The notes beneath the pieces were generated by a model. It saw nothing but the letters and a program-made list of their open reading frames with translations. It searched no databases and was not told the origin of the DNA. The translations under genes and the position numbers were made by a program. A stretch of DNA of 57,820 nucleotides, the filler included, from Sphacelaria rigidula (lineage: Eukaryota), in NCBI GenBank assembly GCA_964200075.2. It is 6 parts of 6 records of this genome, joined end to end, with 100 filler letters (N's around TTAATTAATTAA, not from the genome) between each part and the next. Parts side by side here need not be neighbours in the genome. Positions count along the whole stretch, not along the records: positions 1 to 9,554 come from CAXNAA020008237.1; positions 9,655 to 19,208 come from CAXNAA020008238.1; 4 more parts are not named here. One strand, written 5' to 3'. Shown piece by piece: positions 1 through 13,000 of this stretch (positions are counted from its first letter, which is position 1; every line of letters starts with the position of its first letter).

Positions 1-802
1 TTTTAATCCTCCGGGTTCTCATCCTCAATGAAAATCTCCATCCTCAACATAGATTATCCGCTGTTACAAGAAGACTGACTGAGCATAAGGTTTTCGGCAA
101 ACCTGGTTCACGATAGACCCGCCATATATTTTCCATGTTCTTAGATTCCATGGTACCCCCACGGAAGCCCCCTGGAAGATGTTGGCACGATACCATTACG
201 AGCTACGATGACGCTACGATGACGATGCCATGATAGTATCATGAAAGTGTCATGGGAATGCCATGAGAGTGCGATGATAGTGCGATGATTGTGTCGTGGG
301 GGGAGCGACAATTGCGACCGATACTGCTAGGCCCCCCAATCCGTCTACGCCGATAGAGAAACCTGGAGGGGGGGAGGTCTCCTTCCGCAAAAGACACGGG
401 TCTCTAGTCGATCAACACGAACACGACGAAGCCTATTGAGGAGGGGGAGATTTTCCTCACTCGCCATTGCCGGCCGGTCTTGGACCTCGCGTAAGCCGTA
501 CGCCGGTGTTCGGCAGGTTCAGGCTGAATGTCGCAAGGGGGTGACGCTAGCTGCTGCTTGTCCCACTCGCGCTGCTCTATGGGTTAAGTAGGGTATTGTC
601 TTCGGTCTGTTGGGCATCCATGGTAACCACATACCGAATATTCAGCAGGCGGGGCTATATGTCTCCAAAGTTCATTTTGAACTACGAACTGCTCCTGTTG
701 TCTTCTTCATGGAGCTTTATTACTGGAATTGTTACGCGTCTCAAGTGTCGTTTCGGTTGTCTAGTATTGAATCGCACAGGGTAGGGCACGTGATATTCGA
801 CC

Positions 803-960
803 TGATTGATTTGATTGATTGATTGTCGCGCTTTAACTGACCCCCCAGGGGTCCAGCCGTGGTATCATGGTAGACGTCCCCAAGAAAAACGAAACTGAAA
901 CACGCTCTGAGAAAAGGAAGGAGCAGAAAAAAGGGGGTCACTAGATCAACGGATATACTG
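803..960 (-). mobile_element. Non-LTR retroelement-like 3' end with (ATCA)n tail; related copies at ~34900-35055 (+) and ~39075-39310 (-)
   Basis: tgattgattgtcgcgctttaactgaccccccaggggtccagccgtgg is the reverse complement, with mismatches, of ccacggctggatccctggggggtcagttaaagtgcgatagtcaatcgatc at ~35004-35054. A diverged copy starts near 39095. A short tandem tail is typical of LINE/SINE 3' ends. Confidence 0.6.
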
Positions 961-1603
961 CGCATACATAAATACCCCCCCCGCGCTTTGTGTGCGGCAG
1001 TTCACGGCCCCCTATGTATGACCTGAGAGCGCCAAGCTCAAGAGAAATACCGGGCTGGTTGTGCCGCATATCGTTCCGAACCGTTTGACTCCTTTTTGGT
1101 ACACTTTCGCTGAAGTTGAATTACGCCGTCGTTCGGGACTATTGTGGCGAGCGGCTGGAGCAGTGTCTTGTTTTTTGGAGGCATCATTTGCTACGGGTTT
1201 CCGGTCTGCTAGGGTAAGCAGCCTAGGTTTGCTTTGACGGTAAACTTCACAACTCCTGGCCTTCAGCGCCGAGCATTGAGTGTCTAGGGTAAGGGAGTTT
1301 TGCGTTAAGGAAGCCCGAACGTTATTTCCCCCCTGCTGTTCAAGAACCTACAATCGTTGTGTTCCTTTACTCGCGGGGTATCGTGACCCATGGCACATCA
1401 TGTTTGGGCTGTGAATGGGGACAAAAGAGGAAGTCGATGACCCGCACTGCACGAGAAAGGCTTTGGACTGCTTTTCTACCAGTGCAGGTATTGTTATCAT
1501 CATTATCGTATACAGTTGCTTGACACCCGATCAATCGCATCGCTGAGCAGTAATAACAAACCCAGTCAAGCCAAACCACGCTGAAACACGCATTTTTTCG
1601 CAG

Positions 1604-3362
1604 GTCTTCACGCGAGAGCTCGCGCGAACCCGGGACGAAGCCGAAGCAATATTCATGCGGACACAACAGGCGGCGGCGCTATCATCCCCTCTACTGTCAT
1701 CCTCCACAACATCGGATGGAGAAGAGGAAGACCAAAAATCGGAGCAAAGTAACGAAAACGAAGAAGATACCACGCCCCTCCACCACAGATCGCCAGCCGG
1801 CAAATGCTCTCCGCACGGCACAGACTCGACGACGCGAACCCGACAAGTTGAAACTGCGACCCCAGCTGGTGGCGACCGAAAACAGTCCACCCGTGCCCCT
1901 GCTGCCGCCGCCGCCGCCGCCCCCACCGCTGACGTTCCATTGGGTGCAAGGCTCGTCGGGGGAGTCATTTTGATGGAAGGAGGCGAAACCCTCGAGAGAC
2001 TTACGCCCGTGGACCAGCGTACGGATCGTAGTCACCCCAGAGTGAATATACTCGCAGCAGGGGTCGCGGGAGGGGAGAGCACTACCGGCGGGGGTACATT
2101 TGCCCCCGTGGACAGGCAAAATGCAAATACAAGCAGCAACAACTCACGACCTCGCAGCAGCTGGGGCAACGGTCATGACGTTAGCGGCAGTCTGGGTGGT
2201 GATGATGATGGCGATAACCCCGGCTCTAGTTCCGCTGCTAAGTATCTGATCCCAGGCTGGATTGGTCGAAACGCCAAACGCCCGAACTCCGATGCTCTCG
2301 AGGGAGGAAGGGGAAAAGATGCGGCTTCTCGTGATTGTGACGCCGGGGTTACTTCCGAGCAAGTAGCAGGACGGCGGGTGAGTGGTAACGGCATATCGGG
2401 GGCGCCAGGGCAACCATCAAACGACGGCGGCAAACGTGGAGCACACGCACACCGTACTCATGATCCACTCGTAACGTCATTGCTAGCAGCCGCAATGGCA
2501 TCACGCCACACAGTAGTGCGATCACCCGCGTCTGCTTCTTGGGGCCGAGGAAGGGGCGAACTCGGCGGCACCCCGGGAGGGAGGGGTAATGACAACGACG
2601 ACGCTTGCATTCTCTTCGACCCCCCATCCATAAGCAACGGTCTCAAGGGGCTGTCCACGCAAGAAATAGACCGCCTGCTGCTTGGGGTCGACGCCACGAC
2701 AGTTGGGTCGAAGACGTGCTGGCGCAACACGCCGCAGGCCTTGGAATGGTCTCAATTGCTGGGCGATAAGGGAGAAAACGTTTCCGGTTGGGCATCGGGT
2801 TCGTTTCAGATACACCCAACGCTCGGGGCAGGCAAGACGAAGCCCTGGAGGGGGGGCAAGGAGGGCGGCCGAGCATTCGAGAAAATGCGGAAAGTTATTC
2901 GCGCGCCGAGGACTGCCAAGGAACTCCCGCCGAGTCTGAGAAACAGGTAGTTTGGCATGTGGTGCTATCACGCAACAAAACACACCCCTTCAATATTTGC
3001 ATCGGACAGAAAAATGATTGCCAGTATTCTGCGAGTATGGTGCTATCTGCCACTGTTTGCGTTGGCTTTCCAGCTCAACCATTTATTGTTGATAACCCCC
3101 CGCACCCAGGTGCCTTCCTGTCAGAGCGGTAAGTGCCATGGTTTTACTCGGGAAATGGCTTTACCGCAATACGTTCAGCCGGTCGGGTTTCTGGTGACAT
3201 CGCTCAGTAGTCCGAGAGTTCCACTTGTCTCACATGTGAGAGAAGAAAGCATCAATTTGCTTGCGGCCACCACTGCGGAACAGTACGTAAGTGAAATGCC
3301 GCGAACGTGCGATAAAGAACCACCCTAATTCACAGGTTTCAAGTAAACCTCCCACAGTCTGA
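1604..3362 (+). CDS. 3' exons of an unknown, largely low-complexity/disordered protein (5'-partial)
   Basis: Exon 1604-2946 (ttttttcgcag| ... aacag|gtag) contains the 431-aa ORF. Micro-exon 3110-3128 (cccag| ... |gtaagt) and terminal exon 3336-3362 (ctaattcacag| ... TGA) follow. Phases join to give ...KELPPSLRNRCLPVRAVSSKPPTV*. No family recognised. Confidence 0.65.
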
Positions 3363-3442
3363 CGGTACAGCCAATTTGTCTTACAGCTCCTACGGTTAGC
3401 CAATGGCAAGTGAACGCTGAACAGGGGGTAGTAGCCGTCGTG

Positions 3443-3745
3443 CCCCAGCGGTGTAATGGTACATAACGTACACCATTAAAATCAGGAAAAACACGGGTTC
3501 GTTTCCCTCTAGATGCACTTGCTTTGGATTTTTTTGTTCGAAGTATCTGATTTCATTAGTCGAAAGCGTCAGGACGTGAGTAGCGAAAAAGAGAGTCTGC
3601 TCTGCTGAGCTTGTTCGACGAGAGTCGACGCGGTATGGGAATGCTGATAGTCATTATCCAATCCGCTATACCAAAATCGAAGGCGGGTGTCGGGGGAGAG
3701 GTGGTTTGATCCCTGGAGTCCATGGACTCGTGCCGAGGTAGAGAA
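3443..3745 (+). mobile_element. tRNA-derived SINE (diverged)
   Basis: A-box-like cggtgtaatgg and B-box gggttcgtttcc (3495). The body (gacgagagtcgacgcgg...atccaatccgc...gactcgtgccgagg) is shared with 5570-5850 (-) and 31540-31830 (+). Confidence 0.6.
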
Positions 3746-5264
3746 ATGCCTCAAAATGTGACAAAAACACATCGCGCTCCATTGATCGATTCTACCTAAC
3801 ACAGCGTACCGCGTGTGTGCGTGTGCTCGTTGATCGTGACGGCAGATGGGATACCGAGAGGATGAAGTGGGTGGGGCCGTTCGATACCGCTGCTTCTTCC
3901 GCGTCTCTCGCTCCTCCGATAGGCTGCGGCAAAAGCGACGTAGCATAGCACCAGGCCAAACTAAATCATGGCAGCTGTTCTGTGACAAGTGCTACCATTA
4001 ACGGCTTTATACAGTTTCCCGTGTACTCTGAAACACGATCCGTATTCTGTGCTGCGCTGTTGTGCCAGTAGGTTTCCCGAGCATTTCTGTTGTCGAAATG
4101 TCCTGAAGCGAACAGCGCCAAGGAGCTAGACAAAACAAGCACTCGACATGACAATATTACTGCTACTCTTGTTGTTGGTGTCGTTGATTTTTTTCTCTTG
4201 TAATATGTTTCGACTGTAGAACAAACAGGCAGCAGAAGGACCGTTGCCATGCCCATAGTCCTGTGTTTATAGGCCAACTATTATTAAACAACAGTACTGC
4301 AGCAAAACTGGTTTTCGATTTTCGATAGTTGGTGGCCATCTTCCATTGGCCCACAAACGTCCTGTTGTATAAAACGATGTATTGTGTAGATGATGATCCG
4401 CACAGCGACCGGACTTTAGCCCGATTTCGGCTGGTCGAGAATACGCGTTGTTCACCTTTACTGGCACTGTGCATTGTTTCTCGTATTGTTCCCAGCAGTC
4501 TAGAAAAGCGACATACAGTATGTACGGAGATCTCAGGAAAGCGACACAGTATGTAAGGACCAAAAGCAATGTCTATTTTTCACAAAAGGACCTCAATTCT
4601 CTAAAACAATTAAGAACCTCAAGGTCCTAAACGTGTTGTTTTATTTTGCCCTTGAGATACAGCATACCGAATTTCGAAGCGCAACTCTTGAAACTGAAAC
4701 GCGAACTCCAGGTATAGTGCATTCAGGGCCTCTGCTCGTAATATATTGAGATTAGTATGAAATATGATGTGCGCCATATCTCAAGATAGATAACAAATTG
4801 AGTGAAGGTGGGGGTATCGATCGTTTCGCCGTGCTTCAGGGAATGTTCACATGAGGAATTATTATCATCCGCGCTACAGATCGTTCGGGGTTTCGTATTG
4901 ACTTTGTTATGGACTACATCTCTGCATGTCATAGGATTTACTCGTCATGTCGTTTAGTCGAAGAGAAAAGATGGTCCAGGCTTTTGAACAGATAACCATA
5001 TTTCCCTTGATTAGACGATAAGCAAGATATGCGGAGAGCTTCAATATCCGCTTTTCGGCTGGCCCAGCTCGTGGTGGCAGCGTGGTTTCTAATGGACATA
5101 TCATTTAGGTCGCTATTTTGTATCAAGTCATCACAAATCTACACGATAACGAAGTAATTACCTTTTTAAGGGCCGTCTACAACGACGTACTACGGAGAAC
5201 GACAAAAGAATGATGATCAGAATAGGAAGGACCATAAGCAGAAGAGGTTATGATGCGCGAAGTT

Positions 5265-5371
5265 ATAATACGGATGATGGATGATGGGTGGTGAAGTGGT
5301 GACCGTTACAAGGATCATAGCAGTATCAGCAATATGAGCAATAATGATGTGATCATGATGGTGATGGTGAT

Positions 5372-5409
<38 letters not shown>

Positions 5410-5520
5410 CAACGAAACAATATACGATGATGATGGTGACGGCAACAATGACGAGAGCAATTACTGCAACAGTAATTACAGCAATAGTACCTATGATCGT
5501 AGCGAAGATAATGAAACAAA
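5265..5520. repeat. (GAT/GAC)n-type microsatellite / low-complexity tract
   Basis: Visible gatgacgatgacgatgac... run with degenerate flanks. Confidence 0.9.
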
Positions 5521-5569
5521 TGTTAATACTGCAAGTGATATATATATATATATATTCTCTCACACTTTG

Positions 5570-5850
5570 AACCCCTCCCCTTCCTCGGGATGAGTCCGTG
5601 GTCTCATCAAGGGTCCAACCCATACCTTCCACGGTACGTGCCTTTCATTTTGATCTCGCGGATTGGATCAGCACTCCCGCACCGCGTCAACTCACGTCAC
5701 ACCAACCCAGTCGACTACTTTTGTTTACTCACATTCTCACGCTTCCACAGTGGAAATCATACACTACGAAGCAAAAGAACCCAACGCATCGGGAATCGAA
5801 CCCCCGTTCTCTCCACCCTAATGGCGACAGTCGGACCATCACACATAGTA
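5570..5850 (-). mobile_element. tRNA-derived SINE (diverged)
   Basis: gggaatcgaacccc at 5791 is a reverse B-box. The body is reverse-complementary to the 3443-3745 copy, and a tail fragment recurs at ~16760-16790. Confidence 0.6.
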
Positions 5851-5889
5851 ATGAAAAGTTATGGAGATAGTAATGCCAATATCGACGGC

Positions 5890-6000
5890 GACGACAGCAA
5901 TACCAGTAACACCGAAAACGTCAAAAACAGCAACAGCAACAGCAACAACAGCAACAGCAATACCACAACAACACCTCCAATACCGATACCAACAACAAAA
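5890..6000. repeat. (CAA/CAG)n microsatellite
   Basis: aacagcaacagcaacagcaacaacagc run. Confidence 0.85.
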
Positions 6001-6929
6001 CGACTTCATGGGAAAACAAAACGCTCGAATTTCCCACCGATCGGATCGCTGCGGGCCCTTTCCTCGCAAAACGAGAGAAAGGTTGCGATAGGGAGAACTC
6101 GCAAGGATTAGACCAAGAGGTTTTTACGAAACCACACCTACATTAATTATCATCACACATGTGACAAAAACTTCGAAAATAGATTCGAAGTTTACAATCG
6201 ATGAATGAAGCAGCGCGTAGCACTACTGCTATCACATCACTGCCCGTCCGCTACTACTCAGTCCTTGTCTCGTCGAAGAACGTCGATCGTCTCTCTTTCG
6301 AGAGGATTTTACGGAACATCCGGCACGTCTCGCGGGTTCCCCCTTGTAATCCCTGATGGACAGTCACTTCCGTACGTCTCAATCTGATCTACTGTGCGTA
6401 TCTTCCACTTTTAGAGAGTCGACCAGACCCCTCTCTCCGCCTTCCAACGGCTAGACGTTGCTCGTGCTCCTCTCCCATCTATCGAAAACTGTCTATGGGC
6501 GCGCTGCAAGTCGTACGTTCGAAATCCCCCATCTTCCCGCGTACGCTTCTCCACCGTGAGCCACACAGCATTCGAAATGTTGTCCGTCTCCGAGCACACA
6601 CTCTGTGGTTTTGTATCCCATAAGGTATATCAAACAGGTACGCCGTGTTATTGGGGTCCCTGAAGATCATCCCTCCCTCATCTGCGTACGCTCCCCCAAT
6701 CGTCGTGCCCCCACGCTCTCCTCTAATTTTCCTGACCCCGATGCCAGCCCCTTACCCACTACCTTTCCCCTCTCCTGGCGTCAGCCTTCTCTCCTGCGGA
6801 GCCTTCTTCTTCGCGTTCCTCTGGTCTTTGTATCCCTTCCCAAGATCAAATTTGACAGCTTTTTCACCTGCGTCAAATCGCACGGCGGGCGGTCGACACG
6901 ATGTTTAATGCTGTTTAATATTTTTTCAC

Positions 6930-7002
6930 GCTGTTGTTTCATGTTGTTGTTTTATGTTGTTTTATGTTGTTTTATGTTGTTGTTGTTGTTGTTGTTGTTT
7001 TA

Positions 7003-7041
<39 letters not shown>

Positions 7042-7060
7042 AGTTGTGGCTATTGTTGCG
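6930..7060. repeat. (GTT)n microsatellite
   Basis: Long gttgttgtt run with ttat interruptions. Confidence 0.92.
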
Positions 7061-8520
7061 GTAATTGACCAGGGTACGAACACATGCGTATAGAGTTTCT
7101 TACGTGAATACACGCATATCAATCAGGCCATTTTCCATTCCCTATTACTCGTATCGCATCGTGCTACGTACTGCAAGTAGTCTAACCCTTCAAGAACATA
7201 AAATGTCCTCGCAACCGTGTATGAAGCCGCCTGACGTGGTGAATAGCATCAATGCCCTCGCGCCCCGATGGTCTAAACTAAAATGGTTCATCTTGAAGCC
7301 GGCTAGGTCGCAAGGTTGAGGTTTCGAACCCCGACATACACGTTGTTTTTTTCCGTGGAACAATCTCGTCTCCGTCGTCGAACACATGAGGACGTGGAAA
7401 TCAACGAAATTGACCTAGAGTCGATAGGGTGCGGGAGTATTGGTCATGATCCAATCCGCAACACCAACTATCAGGCATCACCGAAATGGCAGGCATCGCC
7501 GAAGTGCAAGATATGTGCTGGGGGAGAGATAGGTAGATGCCCTGAGACAATCGACTCACCCCGAGAGGGGAGACGAGTTCGACAGTCTCATAAAAACACG
7601 AACATAATCAGCGCGCCGGAAAGCAGGCCCTTCGCGCCAAGGGAGAACTCTACATCAACGACGATAAGGACGGAATTCATTCATTGGAGGTTTTGTGGCT
7701 TCACGACTACGTAAAATGCGCGCATGTATTTGCCCAGACTGGAATACCCAGAGTTCTCTATACATGCACATTGCCGGCATGACTCGTTTCCGTCACATGA
7801 AAAAATATTTCAATCGCAGGAGCAAGGGCATTGGCGAATGATCGGGGGCCATCGACTGAATACACGTAGTCCGTAGTACAGGTCAAAACTACAGAGGGCA
7901 AAGAAAACTACCTCCGATCCGCAAAATATCAGAGTTATCATATTTTCCCCCGACGCATTGGTATTTGTCCAGAGTCGTTTTCTAATTTCGGTTTCGTTCG
8001 GCTCGCAAACTTTCGCTCTCAGACGGGACGGTATAGATCATACTCCATCAGAATGCAAACACGGCTTGTTGGCGTATTCTGGATTCCCCCGGTGGAGGTT
8101 TACCGGACCCGCTTGTCTGACTACAACCGAAGCGGGTCCGCAAGAACCGGCCTTTGAATTTTAGCAACCCCGCCCCCGTCTTTTGTGGAGACCCAGCAAG
8201 GGCTTTAGTACGTTTGTTTGATAGTTCTTTCTTGCTCCGCATCCATCTATAGTAGCCATATAATCACGTTGGGTGAGCCTCCTGAATGTGATTTGACATA
8301 AGTTCATTAGAGTATCCCCACGTGCAAGACCTTGTCAATAGTCCAAGGAGGGTGCACGATTTGATCGCGATGGGTATCCCTCGTTCTGCGGTCGACAGTA
8401 TCAATGCAAAACCAGAATACGGTATATACACAAAATCTTTGTTGACGCAACCATAATACAGCACTATCCATCCTTTCGACTCGAGAATGCTAGTACTTAC
8501 TGGGAAGCCCTTGCAGGTGA

Positions 8521-8958
8521 CTATCGGAGGGATGTTGTCATCGGTTCTCCCTCTGGCGTCTGTGTCAATGTATTCTGTTCCGTTTCTGCATCCTTAGTAT
8601 CCCTTCTCTCTCTCTCTTTCTCGCTGCTCCTCTACCTCCCCTTATTAATAGTAGGCACTGTTATCCGTTTACTTACCTCGAGTACGCTGCGTCTGCGGTG
8701 CGATAGCGGCTGAACTCGCCGCGAATCAGTGAACATGTGGCGTTCAGTTTACAGATCAACCAGCCAATCAATCAAACAACGGATTGTTCGATCAATCTAT
8801 CAAAATTGATGTAGCGCTCATCAACTCACCGTTATTCGGTCAACGAAGGTGTCCCTCGCGTCCTCCTTCTCTCCGTCGCTACACGTAGCCTCGTCAGAAT
8901 CATCCTCGTCAGATTCCGACACGTACTCTTGCCCGAGCAATATCTTCATCTTTACTTT
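8521..8958 (-). CDS. 3' exons of an unknown protein with an acidic patch (5'-partial)
   Basis: Three phase-0 exons with canonical GT-AG: 8958-8830 (KVKMKILLGQEYVSESDEDDSDEATCSDGEKEDARDTFVDRIT), 8709-8677 (PLSHRRRSVLE), 8559-8521 (TPEGEPMTTSLR*). Confidence 0.6.
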
Positions 8959-9554
8959 CTGCTAAACCAAGCAAACAGGAGAAAGACGCGGGAAAATGGG
9001 CGTCGGCGACCCCAGGGCAAGCCATCACAGGGATTGCGTGGGCGCACAGTACGGGAGAGGGGGGTGTACTCACGATCTTGCATGCCATACTCGTATGTGT
9101 TGATAGTTTCGAATGGAATCAAAATGCTAGAGTATAGCCACTGTTGTTCATTCGTTGAGTATAAGTGGATCTAATTATACGAAGGTTTCTGTATACAAAT
9201 GCAAAATAATAGTCAATGCTTGATTGATTTGTTCTGTAGACAAGCATATCCATTCACTCCGTGTATTATAAGTTTTTTTCTACCGCTGAATTGCTCATTG
9301 CCGGGTTTGATCCGCAAGCCATGCCTCGTGCACCGTGCCGACATTAATGCTTCACCAATAACCTGCGACCTGCGCTACGCTTGTAGACAGAATGTCTCAA
9401 CACTATGGCCATTGACCTCGCATCCGTACGAAGCCGGAACGGAGCACGCCGGAGGGGGGGGGTGTTCTCATGTGTTGCTTGCCTTAGTCGTTTGACCATT
9501 GACCACGCATCCCTTTCGAGACGGAGCACCGTTCCTACTCCTAATAGAGACACC

Positions 9555-9654
9555 NNNNNNNNNNNNNNNNNNNNNNNNNNNNNNNNNNNNNNNNNNNNTT
9601 AATTAATTAANNNNNNNNNNNNNNNNNNNNNNNNNNNNNNNNNNNNNNNNNNNN
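9555..9654. other. Artificial contig linker (N44-TTAATTAATTAA-N44); identical linkers at 19209-19308, 28863-28962, 38516-38615, 48169-48268
   Basis: Five identical 100-nt spacers with a six-frame stop core. The segments between them are 9554, 9554, 9554, 9553, 9553 and 9552 bp, i.e. length-sorted concatenated contigs. Confidence 0.97.
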
Positions 9655-10046
9655 GTAATCGGCCACTTCTGCGCAAAAAATGAAAGCTACTCGACACGCG
9701 TTGAATCTACCGCAACTAGCTCGTACCGTTGCAGTCTATACGGGTAGAGGTCACAAACACCTCCCTTTTCGAGGAGGTCAAGAGTCCGGCACCATATTTC
9801 GATTAGATCGCCCAATCTGGGGGGGGATGCTCAAGAACAGCTGCAGATAGCGCCTAGCACGTACAAACCCAGACACCCCTGGTCGTCCCCCCCTCCGTGT
9901 TACTGTCCTCGCGTGTATACATCGGGCCAGGCAGAGCAAGACGTAACTGTACGCCAACTATGATGGGCGTACACATTCTACGCTCCCGGACCGTCCCGGA
10001 CTGTGGTGGAACTAGCGAGTTGAGGAGTTGAGGGTACGGTCGTCGT

Positions 10047-13000
10047 TTAGGCGCCCGTAGGCGCGGCGGTAGTTATCGGGACTGGCGTGGGCGATGGCGG
10101 GGTATCTGCAGGCGTGGATGTTGCGACCGGGGTAGTGGCAGGAAAGATGACGTTGGGAAGCAACAGCGACAGGGGCGGGATGAAGTGGTCATTCGAAGAC
10201 GGGTCATATAGGCATTGATATGCTTGCAGTTTCATGCTGGAGCAATACTACGGTAGGGGTGCACTTTTTGCGCAAAATCGTGTCTAGTTCACGGGCTCCT
10301 AACGATTCTAGATGCACAAGTGTATGGGTCAGGGCATCCCCGGTTGAAAATTCATTGGGGATACCCCTAGCACATTGCAATAGATTTCCCGGCGTCCACT
10401 CACATATTTCATAAAGTTGTGTTTGGGGTGAGGTAAAGAGCTCCTGACAATTTTAAGCTCAGACAATATTCGTGTACCCCTACCGTAGCATCACTCACTG
10501 TTGAGCAGGCAGTGACTGTCGCCCATCATCGAACAACAGTGGCGAACGCTGTTGGTGGAAGGGCATTCGACGTATGTTGTTGCACTCCCAACGTCGCATG
10601 TCGCATCTTTACCGTTTTCGCAGATCATTTGGAAAGGTAGTAGATCTGAACCATGCAGATTTCGTGTTTTGGTGTTCTCCTTGTCCTGCCCTGTCTTTGT
10701 CTTCCTCTGTCCTTCCTTTTCTTGTCGCTTTCCACTTTACTGCGATAGTGCCCTCCACTGATATCTGCACCCTGTCCCGGTTTTCCTTTGAGCGAGTGTT
10801 TCCCTTCATTTACTCTGAGTACATCAACCTCGCTGCCACGACCGATTTCGTAGAGGATCATTCAATGTACGACATGCAATCAAGCTATCGAGTGGTTAAC
10901 AACCTGATCGCTGAGAATCTTGATGCACACGTATCTCCGCTTATTCGTATTGTATTCATACATATCACGCCTACATCGCGATATTGATCCTCACCGGGGA
11001 AAAAGGACAGCAAAGCAAGAAGCTCGCACAACCCTAGGGCGGGACACTCGATGATGAACGTGGGCGGGACGCTCCAGGAGGGGGTCAACCCGCCATCTGT
11101 GGGCGGTGTGGTACCGATGAGTTCCCCGTTAACGAACAGAGTCACGACGTAAACACCACTCATTTGCGCGGTGACCCCCGTGATGCGTAAGAAGGTGAGT
11201 TCAAACTGGTGGAGTAGCACAGCGAAGGGGCGAGGTAAAGCAACGAAACACATGAGCGGTCATCGGCTTGGTAAGTACAAGTGATATCTCTGATGAGTGC
11301 CACACTCACTCCACGTGGCATTCCGCTAGAACAAGGCTTTCGGCTGCGCATCGGTGTGCCTAGGGAAACCGCGCTATCGTTATCTGCAGCCGTACAGCCC
11401 AACGTTCAGACGCATCATGCTCACCTGCCCGCTATTGTAGGCCAGCTGATCCGACCCGACCCGACCTAACCTAAACTAAACTAACTTCTTACCTCAACTT
11501 AACTCAACTACCCTGCCAGACTAAATCGCCGTCAGCCCAGACCGTCCATCCACCAAACTACACAGAACTACACACAGCAGACCGATGAGCAGCACGAAAG
11601 TGAAATCATTTTGGCTTCGAGAGGCCTACTCTCGCGTACCACCGCTTGCGTTGTGTGATGAAACGCTAACACGGAGTGACTCGAACTGCAAACATCGTTC
11701 CTCTCTTTTCCCTTGATACTCCGGTGACGAACGTGAAAAGTCTCAAATTCTCGCCGCAACCCGCATATCCCATAGGGAATTTGAAACAATGGGGACCAGG
11801 TTCTCCTCTGGTCGCCATCAATGTGGACATGCACTATTCATCATGCAGTCAAATCATTGCCCGCTGTAGCGCGCCGCCGCTGAAAAGCGTACTCACCACG
11901 CGTGCCGCCTGCAAAGCGCGGCTATTGCCGCGAAGTCCTTGTTGTACATCGACCTCCAGCAGCTGTCGCCGTTCCCCGACTGCGTCCACGTTCAGAACGA
12001 TATTCCCTGTTGGTTCACTTGTGGTGCTGTTGAAAGTATTCAACACGAGGGAACCGGTGCCGTCAGCTGCCTGATCCAACACTGCACGGTCTGCCGTCGC
12101 CGAGCCGACGGCGCCCGCCGGATCAACGGTTGGAGCAGGCGTGGGAGCAGGCGTGGTGGGAGCACTGGTAGGACCGGTCGTGGTGGGTGCACTGGTGGGA
12201 GCTGGAGTCGTGGGTGCCGCGGTAGTGGGCGCCGGAGTGGGAGCCACAGTAGGAGGGAATGGATATATCTCGAAGGCGAAGGTACCACCGCAGAAGATCG
12301 AGGAGTCTCCCCTGCAGGGAATGTCGCAGTTGCCTGTACCGTATCTGCTGAAGTCGATGCCTGCCTCGGCACACCAGCACTGCATCACAGAAAAGAGAGT
12401 AGAAGCGATACCAAGATCGCATACGCGGTGGAAAGGTGAATACACACGAGCAGCCAAAGATAATATAGTCGAAATGAGCGAGTGGCCACCAATTAGTTGT
12501 GTTCCGCAATGGCCTGTGCCCGTATCTACCAGGGAAAAAGACATGACACGTGGAATCCGTGCTCACCTCCAATCCGTATTGCACCGCGTAGAAGCGGTAG
12601 GGTTCTGCAGCTGCATCACAAGCAGCAAAGCACACCTGCGGGGGGAGAAATGGTCGCGCGTAGGTGGGATCAATCGTCTGCAACAGCCTGTGAGAGTCTG
12701 CAGGATTTCTCGGAACAAGCTCTGAGCAGCTGGAGAAACGGTATCACCCACAATGCAATCGATGGCAAACTTGACGCGCAGCGGAGAAGGGGATATTTGA
12801 GGAAGGATGAGAAAGAAAACACCTGAGCTACTGTACGCTGCCAGAACTATCTATGCCCAATTTACTCGAAGCTACAAGAACCCTGAACCGTCCAGGCAGA
12901 CATGTACAGACGACAAGTCCATCACCCACGTACATCAGGGGTCATGAAGCCACTCTCGCTTTGCCGGATAAGCACACGGTCGTCCCTCGTATCCTTGAAG

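Noticed and set aside
5217-6111. His-rich, Met/Thr-rich and Asn/Ser-rich ORFs
   Set aside because: These are translations of microsatellites and SINE sequence, open in several frames on both strands.
9599-9610. TTAATTAATTAA as a biological motif or piggyBac target
   Set aside because: It sits centrally in N-runs five times and is an assembly linker.
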